From Candidatus Krumholzibacteriia bacterium (GTDB lineage Bacteria > Krumholzibacteriota > Krumholzibacteriia > LZORAL124-64-63): a stretch of DNA of 53,417 nucleotides. Position 1 is the first letter of the stretch, and every line of letters begins with the position of its first letter. The notes beneath the pieces were generated by a model. It worked only from the letters and a program-made list of their open reading frames with translations. It ran no database searches and had not been told where the DNA came from. Shown in pieces: positions 19,205 to 28,920 of this stretch. The stretch lies in the NCBI GenBank assembly GCA_046484865.1, contig JAWOID010000127.1, positions 1 to 53,417 of the forward strand. Reading direction: 5' to 3'. A program made the position numbers and the translations under genes.

Positions 19205-22200
19205 TCAGCGCGTCAGGAGGGCGCGCCCGGTGATGCTGCCACCGGCATGGCGCAGCACCAGCAGGTAGGTGCCGGCGGCAACGGGGCGACCGGCTGCATC
19301 CCGTCCGTCCCAAGCCAGGGAACCGTCTCCGCCGCCGGTCGCCAGCTCCAGGCTACGCAATCGCCGCCCGCGGAGGTCGTGGACAGCGAGATCCGCCGGG
19401 CCCGCCGGCAGGCCCCGCCACGCGACTGTGATCGGACCGGCGCCGGGGTTCGGGCTGAGGAAGAGGCGGGGTGCGACCGCCGGCGCCGGTGCTGCGGTGG
19501 GCCCGATCCGCAACGGGTCGGCGCCGCTGTTCCTGGCGTCACGCCGCGGGTGGTGCCAGAGCCCCTCGCCCGTACCCAGCTGCGGCAGGTTCTCCAGATG
19601 GAGCACCTCGTCGCGTGCGGTCACGCGGAGGCAGCGGCGCGACTCCTGGGGAAGGATGGCCGCCCAGATCGAGCGTGCCGGCGATCCCGCGTTGCCGCCG
19701 ACTGCCAGCGGCTGCCGTGCGGCGAAGCCGCCGTGCTCGGCGAGGCGGGCGTCCATCGCGCCCGTGATGTCGTCGGTGCCGGAGATGGTCTCGACCCAGC
19801 CTAGCGAGAGCGGCAGCTCGGGATCGCCGCCGATCGTGATCCGTCCGTCGTGCATCACGGGTCCGGTCCACACCAGCCAGCGCAGGCTGGGCGCGCTCGA
19901 CGTCGTCGTGCTGCGCACGCCGAATCCCGGCCAGGCCGCCGCCGTGGCCGCACCGTCCACCGACACCCGGACGCCGGCGATCGTCCAGCGCCGCAGCTCT
20001 CCGGCGACGCGGCTGTCCGCGAGTCCGACCAGGACGACCTGGCGGTCTTGCGGCAGCGACCCGCCGGCCACCGCCGGCAGGGCCAGCCGCAACCATCCGC
20101 CGCCCCCCGGCGGGATCACCACCGCGCCGTCGCCCGCGGCCGCCGTGCCGTCGCCGTGATACCGCCGCAGGCGCAGTTCGCCCGTCTCGGCGACGCGGAC
20201 CGGCACCACGATCTCGTGCCGTCCGTCGCCGTCTCCATCCAGCAGGACCGGCGCCAGCGGCGCGCCGATCCCCACGTGGCGCGGCCAGCCCGGCACGATG
20301 CTGCCGTCATGCTCCAGAGCGAACACGTATCCGGACTCGAAAACCACCACCAGTTCCTCGGCACTGTCGGCATCCAGCTGCCCGACGGCGGGGGCGAGCG
20401 GCAGGCCCTGCTGCAGTTCCACGGTGCCCAGGCTGTTGCCCTCGCCATCGTACCGCCTCAGGACGCCGCGCTCGTCGATGACGGCGGCGAAGCGCTGGCC
20501 GAGGGGGCCGATCACGCCCACCGCGGGCAGCAGGACCCGGTTGGCCGCGATCGATACCGTCCGCCGCAGGCCGCCGGCGTCCAGGAAGTAGATGTTGCCG
20601 AACTGCGAGGCCACCACCACCTCATCGGCGCCATCGTCGTCGAGATCCCAGACGAGCGGCGCCGTGAAGCCGCCCAGCAGCTGCGCGGGAAGGAAGACCG
20701 TGCGCGGCCAGCCCGGCAAGCTGCTGCCGTCGGCCCGTATCGCATGCAGGGCGCGCGCGTTGGGGTCGAAGTCGACGAGTGCCGGCACCACCAGCACCAT
20801 CTCGCCATCGCCGAGGAGGTCGCCGGCGCAACCCCAGCCCGTGGAGACGCCGTCGAGCTGGATGCGCGCGTCCGCCGTGGCCGGAGCCGACTCCCTCGAC
20901 GCGCGCACCTCGACGACGCCGTCGCCGGACAGCCGCTTCACCACGACCAGCGCCACCGCACCGTGATTCACGGCGACGGTGAGGGTCTCGGTGCCGCCCG
21001 GACCGGCGAGATCGCGCCGGACGGGCGGGCGCATCGCCAGGGGGTCGTGCGCGTCCTGCACGTCGTGATACTCCAGCGCGACGTCGAGGCCGGCCGTGAC
21101 CGTCGCCTGCACTCGATACTGCTGGCCCGGCGCCGCGATCAAGCGCCACGCCTGGACGTCGCGCCCGGTGCCTGCCGGCCCCAGCGAGTCGGCGCGCGCG
21201 TCCGCGGTGGTCAGAGGTCGCAGCAACGCCTGCAGCGCCGCGAGCACCTGGAGCCGGCCCTGGCCCGCCGCGGCCGCGTCAGCGGCTGGGAGCGGGACGA
21301 GATCCTCGCCGTCGGCGCTCTCGCTCCGGTGGACCGGCGCCGCGGTGGCCTCGAGCACGGCCCCCAGGAGTCCCGATCCCGGGGCCCCCGCCGTCAGCGG
21401 ATAGCCTTCGCGGGCCAGAGCCTCGGCGACGAGGAACGCACCCGCCGCCACGTGCGCGGCGGCGAGGCTGGTCCCCACCCGCTCGCTGTAGCTGTCGTTG
21501 GGCTCGTTGTCGGTGGTCCGGATGCGGCCGCTGGCCGGCAGCGCCCCGCCTCCCGGCGCCACCAGATCGACGCCCCCCTCGGATTCCGGCACACGGGTGC
21601 TGTAGGCCGCCAGTGCCTCGAGATCGTTCACCGCGCCCACCGTGAGCGCGGCGGGAACGGCCGCCGGATAACCGAGCGACGGCGCGACGCCGTCGTTCCC
21701 GGCGGCCACCACCAGCAGGATGCCCGCCCCGGCGAGGGCGTCCACGGCGGCCGAGATGCCCAGGTCCACGTCCCAGTTCACCGCGGCCAGAGCCACCTGC
21801 ACGCGCTGGACCTCGTGATGATCCAGCAGCCAGTCGCAGGCCAGCAGGAAATCGCCCGCCCACTGGTGCCAGATGCCGTCGAAATCGTAGTACTTGACGA
21901 TGGTGAGTCGCCCGCGCCGGGCCAGCCCGGCGAGTTCCGGCGCGATCCTGCCCGCGCCCGCCACCACGCCGGCCAGCGCGGTGCCGTGGTGATGGTAATC
22001 CCAGGGTCCCTGGGCCTCGGGGAAATCATCGGTGACGTCGTGCCACCCGACCACCTTGTAGCCCTCGAACAGCGGCCAGCCCTGCGCGGCGGAGAACCAG
22101 TCGAGCGCGTGCCCCACCGCCGGCGGCGGACCGTCGATGTTGTCGCCCGAGAAGTCGCCCAGGTCGTCGTGCGCGGTGTCGCAGCCGGAATCGAGGATGG

Positions 22201-22849
22201 CCACCGAGGCGGTCCGGTCGCCCCCGAGGAGCCAGGGCGCTTTCCGCACACGCTCCGCGCCGGTGAGGATCCGGCTCTCCGCCACGGCCGGACGCCCGTC
22301 GCGATCGAGCGCCACCAGTCCCGGCGGGCGCGCATCGAGCAGCGCCGCCAGCCCGCCGGCATCGAGCGCCAGCACCGTCACGCCCCCGAACCGCTCCGCG
22401 GAACCCATCAGCTCGCAGACTCCGGCATGCGCTGCGGCCTCGCGCGCAGCAGCGAGGCGATGGCCGGCGGCGCCCAGGACCAGAACCCTCAGGTGCCCCC
22501 GTTCCCAGCTACCGGATCCGCCGGCCTGGGCGGGTACCGGATCTCCGCTGGTCCGGGACGGCATCGCGAGGGCGCTGTCGCCGGGCTCCTCCGGTTCGCC
22601 GCGGACGGCAGCACGCAGGTCGCTCCAGCTCACGCGTCCTTGCTGCCAGCCGTCGAGCAGGTCGTCCACGCCGTTACCGTCGCGATCGAGCGACGGCACG
22701 CCCTGCGGCTGCGGGCCGGGTGCGGCCGTGGCCGGCGGGAGATCGCATCCCCAGGCGAGCGAGCCGACGACGAGCACGACGAGCACGCCGTGCGACAGCG
22801 GCTGGCGTCCTGCCGTGGGCGGACGGAACGACGGGCGATCGGATGGCAT
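19205..22849 (-). CDS. Secreted S8 (subtilisin-like) serine peptidase with FG-GAP-like repeats and C-terminal FlgD-Ig-like domain
   Basis: Triad VAILDSG / HGTALAG / GTSLAAAHV and oxyanion AAGND; repeats GDLLGDG, DLDDDG, QLDADS, DGDGDG with PGWP; tail SPNP...VHDLRGRRLRSL...WDGRDAAGRPVAAGTY; N-terminal signal-like segment. Confidence 0.88.
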   Translation of the reverse strand: MPSDRPSFRPPTAGRQPLSHGVLVVLVVGSLAWGCDLPPATAAPGPQPQGVPSLDRDGNGVDDLLDGWQQGRVSWSDLRAAVRGEPEEPGDSALAMPSRTSGDPVPAQAGGSGSWERGHLRVLVLGAAGHRLAAAREAAAHAGVCELMGSAERFGGVTVLALDAGGLAALLDARPPGLVALDRDGRPAVAESRILTGAERVRKAPWLLGGDRTASVAILDSGCDTAHDDLGDFSGDNIDGPPPAVGHALDWFSAAQGWPLFEGYKVVGWHDVTDDFPEAQGPWDYHHHGTALAGVVAGAGRIAPELAGLARRGRLTIVKYYDFDGIWHQWAGDFLLACDWLLDHHEVQRVQVALAAVNWDVDLGISAAVDALAGAGILLVVAAGNDGVAPSLGYPAAVPAALTVGAVNDLEALAAYSTRVPESEGGVDLVAPGGGALPASGRIRTTDNEPNDSYSERVGTSLAAAHVAAGAFLVAEALAREGYPLTAGAPGSGLLGAVLEATAAPVHRSESADGEDLVPLPAADAAAAGQGRLQVLAALQALLRPLTTADARADSLGPAGTGRDVQAWRLIAAPGQQYRVQATVTAGLDVALEYHDVQDAHDPLAMRPPVRRDLAGPGGTETLTVAVNHGAVALVVVKRLSGDGVVEVRASRESAPATADARIQLDGVSTGWGCAGDLLGDGEMVLVVPALVDFDPNARALHAIRADGSSLPGWPRTVFLPAQLLGGFTAPLVWDLDDDGADEVVVASQFGNIYFLDAGGLRRTVSIAANRVLLPAVGVIGPLGQRFAAVIDERGVLRRYDGEGNSLGTVELQQGLPLAPAVGQLDADSAEELVVVFESGYVFALEHDGSIVPGWPRHVGIGAPLAPVLLDGDGDGRHEIVVPVRVAETGELRLRRYHGDGTAAAGDGAVVIPPGGGGWLRLALPAVAGGSLPQDRQVVLVGLADSRVAGELRRWTIAGVRVSVDGAATAAAWPGFGVRSTTTSSAPSLRWLVWTGPVMHDGRITIGGDPELPLSLGWVETISGTDDITGAMDARLAEHGGFAARQPLAVGGNAGSPARSIWAAILPQESRRCLRVTARDEVLHLENLPQLGTGEGLWHHPRRDARNSGADPLRIGPTAAPAPAVAPRLFLSPNPGAGPITVAWRGLPAGPADLAVHDLRGRRLRSLELATGGGDGSLAWDGRDAAGRPVAAGTYLLVLRHAGGSITGRALLTR

Positions 22850-22894
22850 GGGCTCTCCCGGGCGCGACACCGGCGCGGGTGGGTCGGGGACATG

Positions 22895-22923
22895 ACGATA
22901 CCCAAAGCGCGCGGCGGCGGCAA
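22895..22923 (-). promoter_or_regulatory. Candidate sigma70 promoter for the S8 peptidase
   Basis: TTGCCG (22923-22918), 17 nt, TATCGT (22900-22895); overlaps a GC hairpin (22911-22942) downstream of yraN. Confidence 0.45.
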
Positions 22924-22949
22924 GCCCGGCTCCCGCCGCCGCGGCGGGG

Positions 22950-23438
22950 TCAGCGCACTCCCGCCAGGTGGCGCAGCACCAGTCCGCGTCCCTCGCCCCG
23001 GACCTCCACCGCCACCACGTCGAAGCGCACCTCCACCGGCCGCGGGGGCGGCCGTTGCCAGAGATAATGTCGCGCGGCGCGGCGGAGTCGCGCGAGCTTG
23101 ACGTGGCGCACCGCGTCCTCGGGTCGTCCGCAGGCGCCCGGCCCGCGGGTCTTCACCTCGACGAAGACCAGCAGGTCGGGCGCAGCCATGACCAGATCGA
23201 TCTCCCCGCCCGGGCAGCGGTACCGTTCGGCCACGCAGGTGAGGCGGCAGCTCTCGAGGAACAGACGGGCCAGGCGTTCGCCCCAGCGGCCGAGCTCGGC
23301 CGCGGGCGACGGCGACGGCGCGTCACCCTCGCGGGGGCAGGGGCGGCAGCGGGTCGGCTGCCGGTCGGGCGGGGTCGCCGGCTGCCGGTCGGGCGGGGTC
23401 GCTGGCGGCTGCCGGGATGGCTTCGAAGGCGGCATCAT
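22950..23438 (-). CDS. yraN: YraN family (UPF0102) endonuclease-like protein; start uncertain
   Basis: LGRWGERLA, GEIDLV, LVFVEVKTR, RFDVVAV; usual position after rnhB. Confidence 0.88.
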   Translation of the reverse strand: MMPPSKPSRQPPATPPDRQPATPPDRQPTRCRPCPREGDAPSPSPAAELGRWGERLARLFLESCRLTCVAERYRCPGGEIDLVMAAPDLLVFVEVKTRGPGACGRPEDAVRHVKLARLRRAARHYLWQRPPPRPVEVRFDVVAVEVRGEGRGLVLRHLAGVR

Positions 23439-24078
23439 CGTTCGCGAACAGCAAGCCCTGGTCCACCATCGCCACCGGCCGGTAACTGTGGCGATGCAGC
23501 GGGCACACCCCGAGCCGCAGCAGCCCGGCCCGGTGCTCGGGACAGCCGTAGCCCTTGTTGCTGGCGAAGCCGTAGCCCGGGAAACGCCGGTCCCAGGCGA
23601 CCATGATCCGGTCGCGCAGGACCTTGGCGAAGATGGACGCCGCCGCGATGGCGGCGGATCGGGCGTCGCCGCCCACCACCGTACGGCACGCGAGCGTCAA
23701 CGGCGGGCGCTGGTTTCCGTCCACCAGGACCAGATCCGGCCGCACGCGCAATCGTTCCACGCAGCGGGCCATGGCGAGCAGGGAACCTTGGAGGATGTTG
23801 ATCCGATCGATCTCCGGCGCCGCCACGGCGCAAGCCGCCCACGCCAGCGCCCTTCCCGCGCGCAGCTTGCAGAAGAGCTCCTCGCGCAGCGGCGGCGCGA
23901 GGAGCTTGGAATCGTTCAGGTCGCGCAGGGCGGATCCGGGCGCCAGGACGCACGCCGCGGCCACCACCGGCCCCGCCAGGCAGCCGCGGCCGGCCTCGTC
24001 CACGCCCGCCACCACCAGGCGACCTCCGTCGGACGCCTCCCAGTCGAAGCGAGCCAGCCTGCCGCGCGGGGCCGGCAC
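23323..24078 (-). CDS. rnhB: Ribonuclease HII
   Basis: AGVDEAGRGCLAGPVVAAA, LNDSKLL, LVDGN, GDARSAAIAAASIFAKVLRD, NKGYG, HRHSY. Confidence 0.95.
   Translation of the reverse strand: MPAPRGRLARFDWEASDGGRLVVAGVDEAGRGCLAGPVVAAACVLAPGSALRDLNDSKLLAPPLREELFCKLRAGRALAWAACAVAAPEIDRINILQGSLLAMARCVERLRVRPDLVLVDGNQRPPLTLACRTVVGGDARSAAIAAASIFAKVLRDRIMVAWDRRFPGYGFASNKGYGCPEHRAGLLRLGVCPLHRHSYRPVAMVDQGLLFANDDAAFEAIPAAASDPARPAAGDPARPAADPLPPLPPRG
23356..23403. repeat. Two-copy 24-bp tandem repeat inside the rnhB/yraN overlap
   Basis: ggctgccggtcgggcggggtcgc(c/t) twice. Confidence 0.85.
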
Positions 24079-24082
24079 CGGG

Positions 24083-24427
24083 CTAGCGCCGCGCTTCGCG
24101 GATCCGCGCCTTGCGGCCGGTGCGGCCGCGCAGGTAGTAGAGCTTGGACCGCCGGACACGCCCCCGCTTCATCACCGTGATGTTGCCGACGGAGGGCGAC
24201 TGCAGTGGAAAGATGCGCTCCACCGCCACGCCGCCGCTGATCTTGCGCACCGTGATGCTCTCCTCCAGGCCGGTGCCCTGGCGGGCGATGACGGCGCCCT
24301 GGAAGTTCTGCAACCGCTCCTTGTTCCCCTCGGTGATGCGGACGCCCACCACGATGGTGTCGCCGATCTGGAACTCGGGCAGATCGGAGCGCAGCCCCTC
24401 CCGCCGGAGGGTGTCGAGCATGTCCAT
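24083..24427 (-). CDS. rplS: 50S ribosomal protein L19
   Basis: PEFQIGDT, EGNKERLQNFQG, TVRKISGGVAVERIFP, GRVRRSKLYYLR. Confidence 0.98.
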   Translation of the reverse strand: MDMLDTLRREGLRSDLPEFQIGDTIVVGVRITEGNKERLQNFQGAVIARQGTGLEESITVRKISGGVAVERIFPLQSPSVGNITVMKRGRVRRSKLYYLRGRTGRKARIREARR

Positions 24428-24496
24428 GTCAGCCTCCTGCGCCCACTGTGAGGGCGCTCCGGCGGCACGCCCACGCGGCGGCCGTCGGTCTCGGGT

Positions 24497-25276
24497 TCAG
24501 CCCTGCCGGTCCGGGTCCGGTCGCGCCGGTCCGCCGGTATCCGTCAGTTCTGCGCCGGCGTCGGGTCCCTGGTCCAGGTCGGGACGGCGTTGCCGGGTCC
24601 GCCGGCGCGCCTCCTCGGCGCGCCACGTCTCGATGTTGGCGTGGTGACCGGAGAGCAGCACCTCCGGTATCGCCAGGCCTCGGTACTCGGTCGGCCTGGT
24701 GTACCAGGGGCAGTCCAGTCCGCCGTCCCGCCGATCGGTGAAGCTGTCGCTCTCCGCCGAATCCTCGTCGTGCAGCACCCCGGGCAGCCGCCGCACCACC
24801 GCATCCACGATCACGAGCGCCGCCAGCTCGCCGCCGCTGAGGACGTAGTCGCCGATCGAGACCTCGCGGGTCACCACCAGCTCGCGGACGCGCTCGTCCA
24901 CGCCCTTGTAGTGGCCGCAGATCAGGATCAGCTCGCCCCGGCGTTGCAACTCGTCGCGCAACTCCAGGACGAGATCCTCGTCCAGCCGGGCGCCCTGCGG
25001 CGAGGTCAGCAGCACCGGGGCGTCGTCCCGCCGGCGGCACCATTCCACCGCCTCCACCACCGGCGGCGCCATCATGATCATGCCGGCGCCGCCCCCGGCG
25101 GCCGTGCCGTCCACGGTGCCGTGCCGGTCGACCGCGAACTCGCGGATGTCCACCACCTGGTACTCGACCAGGCCCTGCCGGCGCGCCCGTCCCAGGATGC
25201 TCGTATCGAGCACCGTCCTGACCATCTCCGGAAAGAGCGTCAGGACGCGGACGGCCGGGCGCTCACCTGTTGGCAT
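24497..25276 (-). CDS. trmD: tRNA (guanine-N1)-methyltransferase
   Basis: [50 protein letters not shown]. Confidence 0.96.
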   Translation of the reverse strand: MPTGERPAVRVLTLFPEMVRTVLDTSILGRARRQGLVEYQVVDIREFAVDRHGTVDGTAAGGGAGMIMMAPPVVEAVEWCRRRDDAPVLLTSPQGARLDEDLVLELRDELQRRGELILICGHYKGVDERVRELVVTREVSIGDYVLSGGELAALVIVDAVVRRLPGVLHDEDSAESDSFTDRRDGGLDCPWYTRPTEYRGLAIPEVLLSGHHANIETWRAEEARRRTRQRRPDLDQGPDAGAELTDTGGPARPDPDRQG

Positions 25277-25808
25277 CCAGCAACCCCTCCGGCGGGTCGA
25301 CGACCAGGTCGCCCTCGAGGGCATCGCCATCCGGACGCAGGATGGGCTGGACCGCCGGAATGAGCATCTCGCCACCTTCGTCGGCGACCACGAGCGTGTA
25401 CTGCGCCCCGTGTCGGCGCACCTCGACCACCTCGCCCACCGGCTCGCCGCCGGCGGTCACCACCGAGCGGCCGAGATAGCGGAAAGGCAGGCCGCCCGCC
25501 GGGCGCGGGAACTCCGGGCGCCGGTAGTCGCCGGTGCGGAAGACGAGCCCGCGCCCCACCCGCTGCTCCGCGGCGGTCCGGTCTTCGCACTCCGCCGGGT
25601 GTACGATCCAGGTGCCGCTGCCGCCATCGCGCACGGTCCGGAACTCGGCCGGCTTGCCGTCGTCCCAGCGCAGGAAACCGGAGTCGAGCAGGAGCGGGTG
25701 GAAATCGAGCAGCGGGTAGAGCTTCACCTCGCCGCGCAGCCCCACCGGCCTGACGACCTCGGCCACCTGTACCAGCTCGTCATCGGGTCGGCGCCCGGTT
25801 CCGGTCAC
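25263..25808 (-). CDS. rimM: Ribosome maturation factor RimM
   Basis: [37 protein letters not shown]; between khpA and trmD; GTGA overlap. Confidence 0.88.
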   Translation of the reverse strand: MTGTGRRPDDELVQVAEVVRPVGLRGEVKLYPLLDFHPLLLDSGFLRWDDGKPAEFRTVRDGGSGTWIVHPAECEDRTAAEQRVGRGLVFRTGDYRRPEFPRPAGGLPFRYLGRSVVTAGGEPVGEVVEVRRHGAQYTLVVADEGGEMLIPAVQPILRPDGDALEGDLVVDPPEGLLDANR

Positions 25809-26083
25809 GCGTTGCGCTCCGCGATCTCCAGTCCGATCCGCTGGTCGCCCCGGTAACCCACCGCCTGCAGCAACGTCCGCAGCGCGCGAGCCGTCTGTCC
25901 GCCCTTGCCGATGAGCTGGCCCAGATCGTCGGCGTGCACCCGCAGGTGGTACGTGTCGCCGTCCGGGGTCTCCACCAGGTCCACGGTCACGGCCTCGGGA
26001 TGGTCCACGAGATTCACCGCCAGGTAGCTGACCAGCTCGAGGATCCGCGTCCGCTCGGGCGTGAGATCGGGGCCGCCGCTCAA
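25805..26083 (-). CDS. khpA: KH-domain RNA-binding protein (KhpA/YlqC)
   Basis: LVDHPEAV, LRVHADDLGQLIGKGGQTARALRTLL; TTG start overlaps the rpsP stop. Confidence 0.9.
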   Translation of the reverse strand: MSGGPDLTPERTRILELVSYLAVNLVDHPEAVTVDLVETPDGDTYHLRVHADDLGQLIGKGGQTARALRTLLQAVGYRGDQRIGLEIAERNA

Positions 26084-26628
26084 CTCGGCTCGCCTTCGCC
26101 GGCGGCGCCCTCGGCGCCCTCGGGTCCGCCCTCGCCCGCACTCTCGCCCTGGTTCGCGCTCTCGCCGTCGCCCCCGCCCGCTGCCGCGGCGGCCTCGGCG
26201 GCCTCGGCGGCCTTGGCCTCGGCGGCCTCCTCGCGGCGCTTGGTCTCGGCGAGCTCGACCTGCTGCCGGCGGCGCTGGCGCTCCTGCTCGTCGCGGGCCA
26301 TGCGGGCCTCGGCGCCCTGCCGCCACTCGGCGACGCGCTGCTCCACCTCGTCGTCGCTCAGCCCCTGCTTCACCAGGGAGAAGCGGAAGAGCACGCCCTC
26401 CCGGCGCAGCAGCGCCCGGGCCGACTCGGACACCGTGGCGCCCTTCTTCAGCCAGTCGACGATCTCGGGGGCACGCAGTTCCACCTCGGGCGGCTCGACG
26501 AATGGATTGTAGTAACCGAGGTTCGCCAGGTAGGCGCCGTCACGACGGGTGCGGCTGTCGACCACGACGAGACGGTAGAACGGACGCTTCTTCTTGCCCA
26601 TGCGGGTCAGACGGATGGTGGCGGACAC
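26080..26628 (-). CDS. rpsP: 30S ribosomal protein S16 with long C-terminal extension
   Basis: IRLTRMGKKKRPFYRLVVVDSR, LGYYNP, WLKKGA; GGGAGG RBS before GTG. Confidence 0.97.
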   Translation of the reverse strand: MSATIRLTRMGKKKRPFYRLVVVDSRTRRDGAYLANLGYYNPFVEPPEVELRAPEIVDWLKKGATVSESARALLRREGVLFRFSLVKQGLSDDEVEQRVAEWRQGAEARMARDEQERQRRRQQVELAETKRREEAAEAKAAEAAEAAAAAGGGDGESANQGESAGEGGPEGAEGAAGEGEPS

Positions 26629-26695
26629 TCTCGACCTCCCTACGACTGGTTTCGCGCCGCGCACCATGCGCGACGCGCCGTTCGGGGCTGCCGCG

Positions 26696-28045
26696 CTAGT
26701 GACGCGGCGCTCCCCCGTTGCCGAGCACGCGCTCGGCGAATTGCTGCAGGCCGCCGGCCTGGTTGATCTGGCGCATCATGCGCCGCATGTCGCGGTACTG
26801 CTTCAGGAGCTTGTTCACCTGCGAGACGTTGGTCCCGCTGCCGCGCGCGATCCTCTTGCGCCGCGAACCGTTGATGATCTCCGGCCGGCGTCGCTCCTCG
26901 GTCGTCATCGAGTTGATGATGGCCTCGACCCGGACGAACTGCTGATCGTCTACGTTGATCTTGTCCAGCGCGCCTCCGCCCATGCCGGGCAGCATCTTCA
27001 GCACGCCTTTCAACGGTCCCATCTTGCGCATCTGCCGGATCTGCCGCTTGAAGTCCTCCAGGGTGAACTGCCCCTCGGTGAAGCGCTGGGCCAGTTCCTC
27101 GGCCTCGTCCTGGTCCATGCGGTCCTGCGCCTGCTCCACCAGCGTCAGGACGTCGCCCATGCCGAGGATGCGGCTGGCCATCCGGTCGGGGTGGAAGACC
27201 TCCAGGTCGTCGAGCTTCTCGCCCACGCCCACCAGCTTGATGGGCCGTCCGGTGATCTCGCGCACCGACAGGGCGGCGCCGCCGCGGGCGTCGCCGTCCA
27301 GCTTCGTCAGCACGGCGCCGTCGAAGCCGACGCGCCGGGCGAACTCCTCGGCGATGTGCACCGCCTCCTGGCCGGTCATGGCGTCCAGCACCAGGAGCTT
27401 CTCGTCCATGCTGACCATCTTGTCGATGCTGATCAGCTCTTCCATGAGGGCGTCGTCGATGTGCAGGCGTCCCGCGGTATCGACGATGAGCACGTCGCAG
27501 CCGTTGTCCTTGGCCCGGCGGTGGGCGAGCTTGACGATCTGGGCCGCATTCTGCCGCGAGCGATCGGTGTGCACCAGCGCACCCGCCTGCCCGGCGACGG
27601 TCTCCAGCTGGTCGATGGCCGCGGGCCGGTAGATGTCGGCGGCCGCCAGCATGGGCTTGCGCCCTTCCCGCACCAGACGCTGCGCCAGCTTGCCGCAGAA
27701 GGTGGTCTTGCCCGAGCCCTGCAGGCCCATCACCATCACCGCGGCCACCGGCTTGCTCTTCAGGTTCAGCTCGGCAGCCTCGCCCCCGAGGATCTTCACC
27801 AGCTCGTCGTTGACGATCTTGACGACCTGCTGGGCCGGCGTCAGCGAGCCGAGCACCTCCTGGCCGAGCGCCTGCTCGCGGATGCTCTCCACCAGCTTCT
27901 TGGCCACGCCGTAATGGACGTCGGCCTCGAGGAGCGCCATGCGCACCTCGCGCAGCGACTCCTGGATGTTCTCCTCGCTGAGCTTGTCCTTGCCGGCCAG
28001 CTTCCGGAAGCTGTCCTCGAGCCGGCGGGTGAGCTCCTGGAACAT
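26696..28045 (-). CDS. ffh: Signal recognition particle protein
   Basis: LLEADV, GLQGSGKTT, DIYRPAAIDQL, DTAGR, TKLDGDARGG, RILGMGD, Met-rich M domain with SRRKRIARGSG. Confidence 0.98.
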   Translation of the reverse strand: MFQELTRRLEDSFRKLAGKDKLSEENIQESLREVRMALLEADVHYGVAKKLVESIREQALGQEVLGSLTPAQQVVKIVNDELVKILGGEAAELNLKSKPVAAVMVMGLQGSGKTTFCGKLAQRLVREGRKPMLAAADIYRPAAIDQLETVAGQAGALVHTDRSRQNAAQIVKLAHRRAKDNGCDVLIVDTAGRLHIDDALMEELISIDKMVSMDEKLLVLDAMTGQEAVHIAEEFARRVGFDGAVLTKLDGDARGGAALSVREITGRPIKLVGVGEKLDDLEVFHPDRMASRILGMGDVLTLVEQAQDRMDQDEAEELAQRFTEGQFTLEDFKRQIRQMRKMGPLKGVLKMLPGMGGGALDKINVDDQQFVRVEAIINSMTTEERRRPEIINGSRRKRIARGSGTNVSQVNKLLKQYRDMRRMMRQINQAGGLQQFAERVLGNGGAPRH

Positions 28046-28144
28046 GGGGGCGGTCTCCATCCACGTCCGTCGGCGACGGACAAACAGTCATCAGAGGTGG
28101 GCTGCCGGCCCACCCCTGCCGAGCTCCGGTCGATGCGAGCGGGG

Positions 28145-28173
28145 AAAATAACAGATCACCGGGGATCTAGCAA
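28145..28173 (-). promoter_or_regulatory. Candidate promoter for the ffh-rpsP-rplS operon
   Basis: TTGCTA, 17 nt, TATTTT, with an extended -10 TG. Confidence 0.5.
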
Positions 28174-28230
28174 GGACGCCCCCGCGGCCCCCGGGCCGGG
28201 GCGGCGGCGGCGGAACGGGGCCGGCGCAGG

Positions 28231-28920
28231 TCAGTCGCCCCGCAGTTGCGACACGGCCAGGGCGCGGTCGGGGGCTCCGCAGAGCCACGTCCCGGAGACC
28301 AGGATGTCCGCGCCGGCCTCGCGCACGCGGGCGGCCGTGGCGGCATCGATGCCGCCGTCCACGGAGATCGCGAACCCCAGCCCGCGTTCGCGACGGCGCT
28401 CGACCAGGCGGGCCACCTTGGCCGTGGCCCCCGGATCGAACGCCTGTCCGCCGAATCCCGGCTCCACCGACATGACCAGGACGAGGTCGACCTGATCGAG
28501 GTACGGCTCCACCTTCGCCACCGGAGTCCCCGGGTTCAGCGACAGCCCCGGACGCATGCCGAGTTCGCGCACCCGGGCCAGGATCGGCGCCACCGCGACG
28601 CCAGCCTCGACGTGGACGGTGACCGCATCGACTCCCGCCGCGGCGAACGCTTCCAGGAAGAGATCGGGACGACTGATCATCAGGTGGGCGTCGAGGAGCA
28701 GGTCGGTGCAGCGGCGGACGTGTCCGCAGATGAAGGGGCCGAACGTGATGTTCGGAACGAAGTGGCCGTCCATCACGTCGAGATGCAGCAGATCGACCCC
28801 GGCCGCCGCCAGATCGGCGATGTCGCGGCGCAGATCGGTGAAGTCGGCCGCCAGCAGCGACGGGGCCACGGCCGGGCCGCCGCGATCAGTGCGACGAAGC
28901 CACCAGTTCAACCCGCACAC
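28231..28920 (-). CDS. rpe: Ribulose-phosphate 3-epimerase (start uncertain)
   Basis: APSLLAADF, HLDVMDGHFVPNITFG, DAHLM, MSVEPGFGGQ, VDGGI. Confidence 0.96.
   Translation of the reverse strand: MCGLNWWLRRTDRGGPAVAPSLLAADFTDLRRDIADLAAAGVDLLHLDVMDGHFVPNITFGPFICGHVRRCTDLLLDAHLMISRPDLFLEAFAAAGVDAVTVHVEAGVAVAPILARVRELGMRPGLSLNPGTPVAKVEPYLDQVDLVLVMSVEPGFGGQAFDPGATAKVARLVERRRERGLGFAISVDGGIDAATAARVREAGADILVSGTWLCGAPDRALAVSQLRGD

Noticed and set aside
12946..23101. Long plus-strand ORFs (12946-15492, 17134-19233, 19850-23101)
   Set aside because: Antisense shadows of real minus-strand genes, expected at this GC content; Arg/Ala/Gly-rich with no motifs.
28046..28140. SRP RNA or other ncRNA in the ffh leader
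   Set aside because: Two short hairpins are present, but the conserved SRP helix-8 motif (CAGG..GNRA..AGCAG) is absent.
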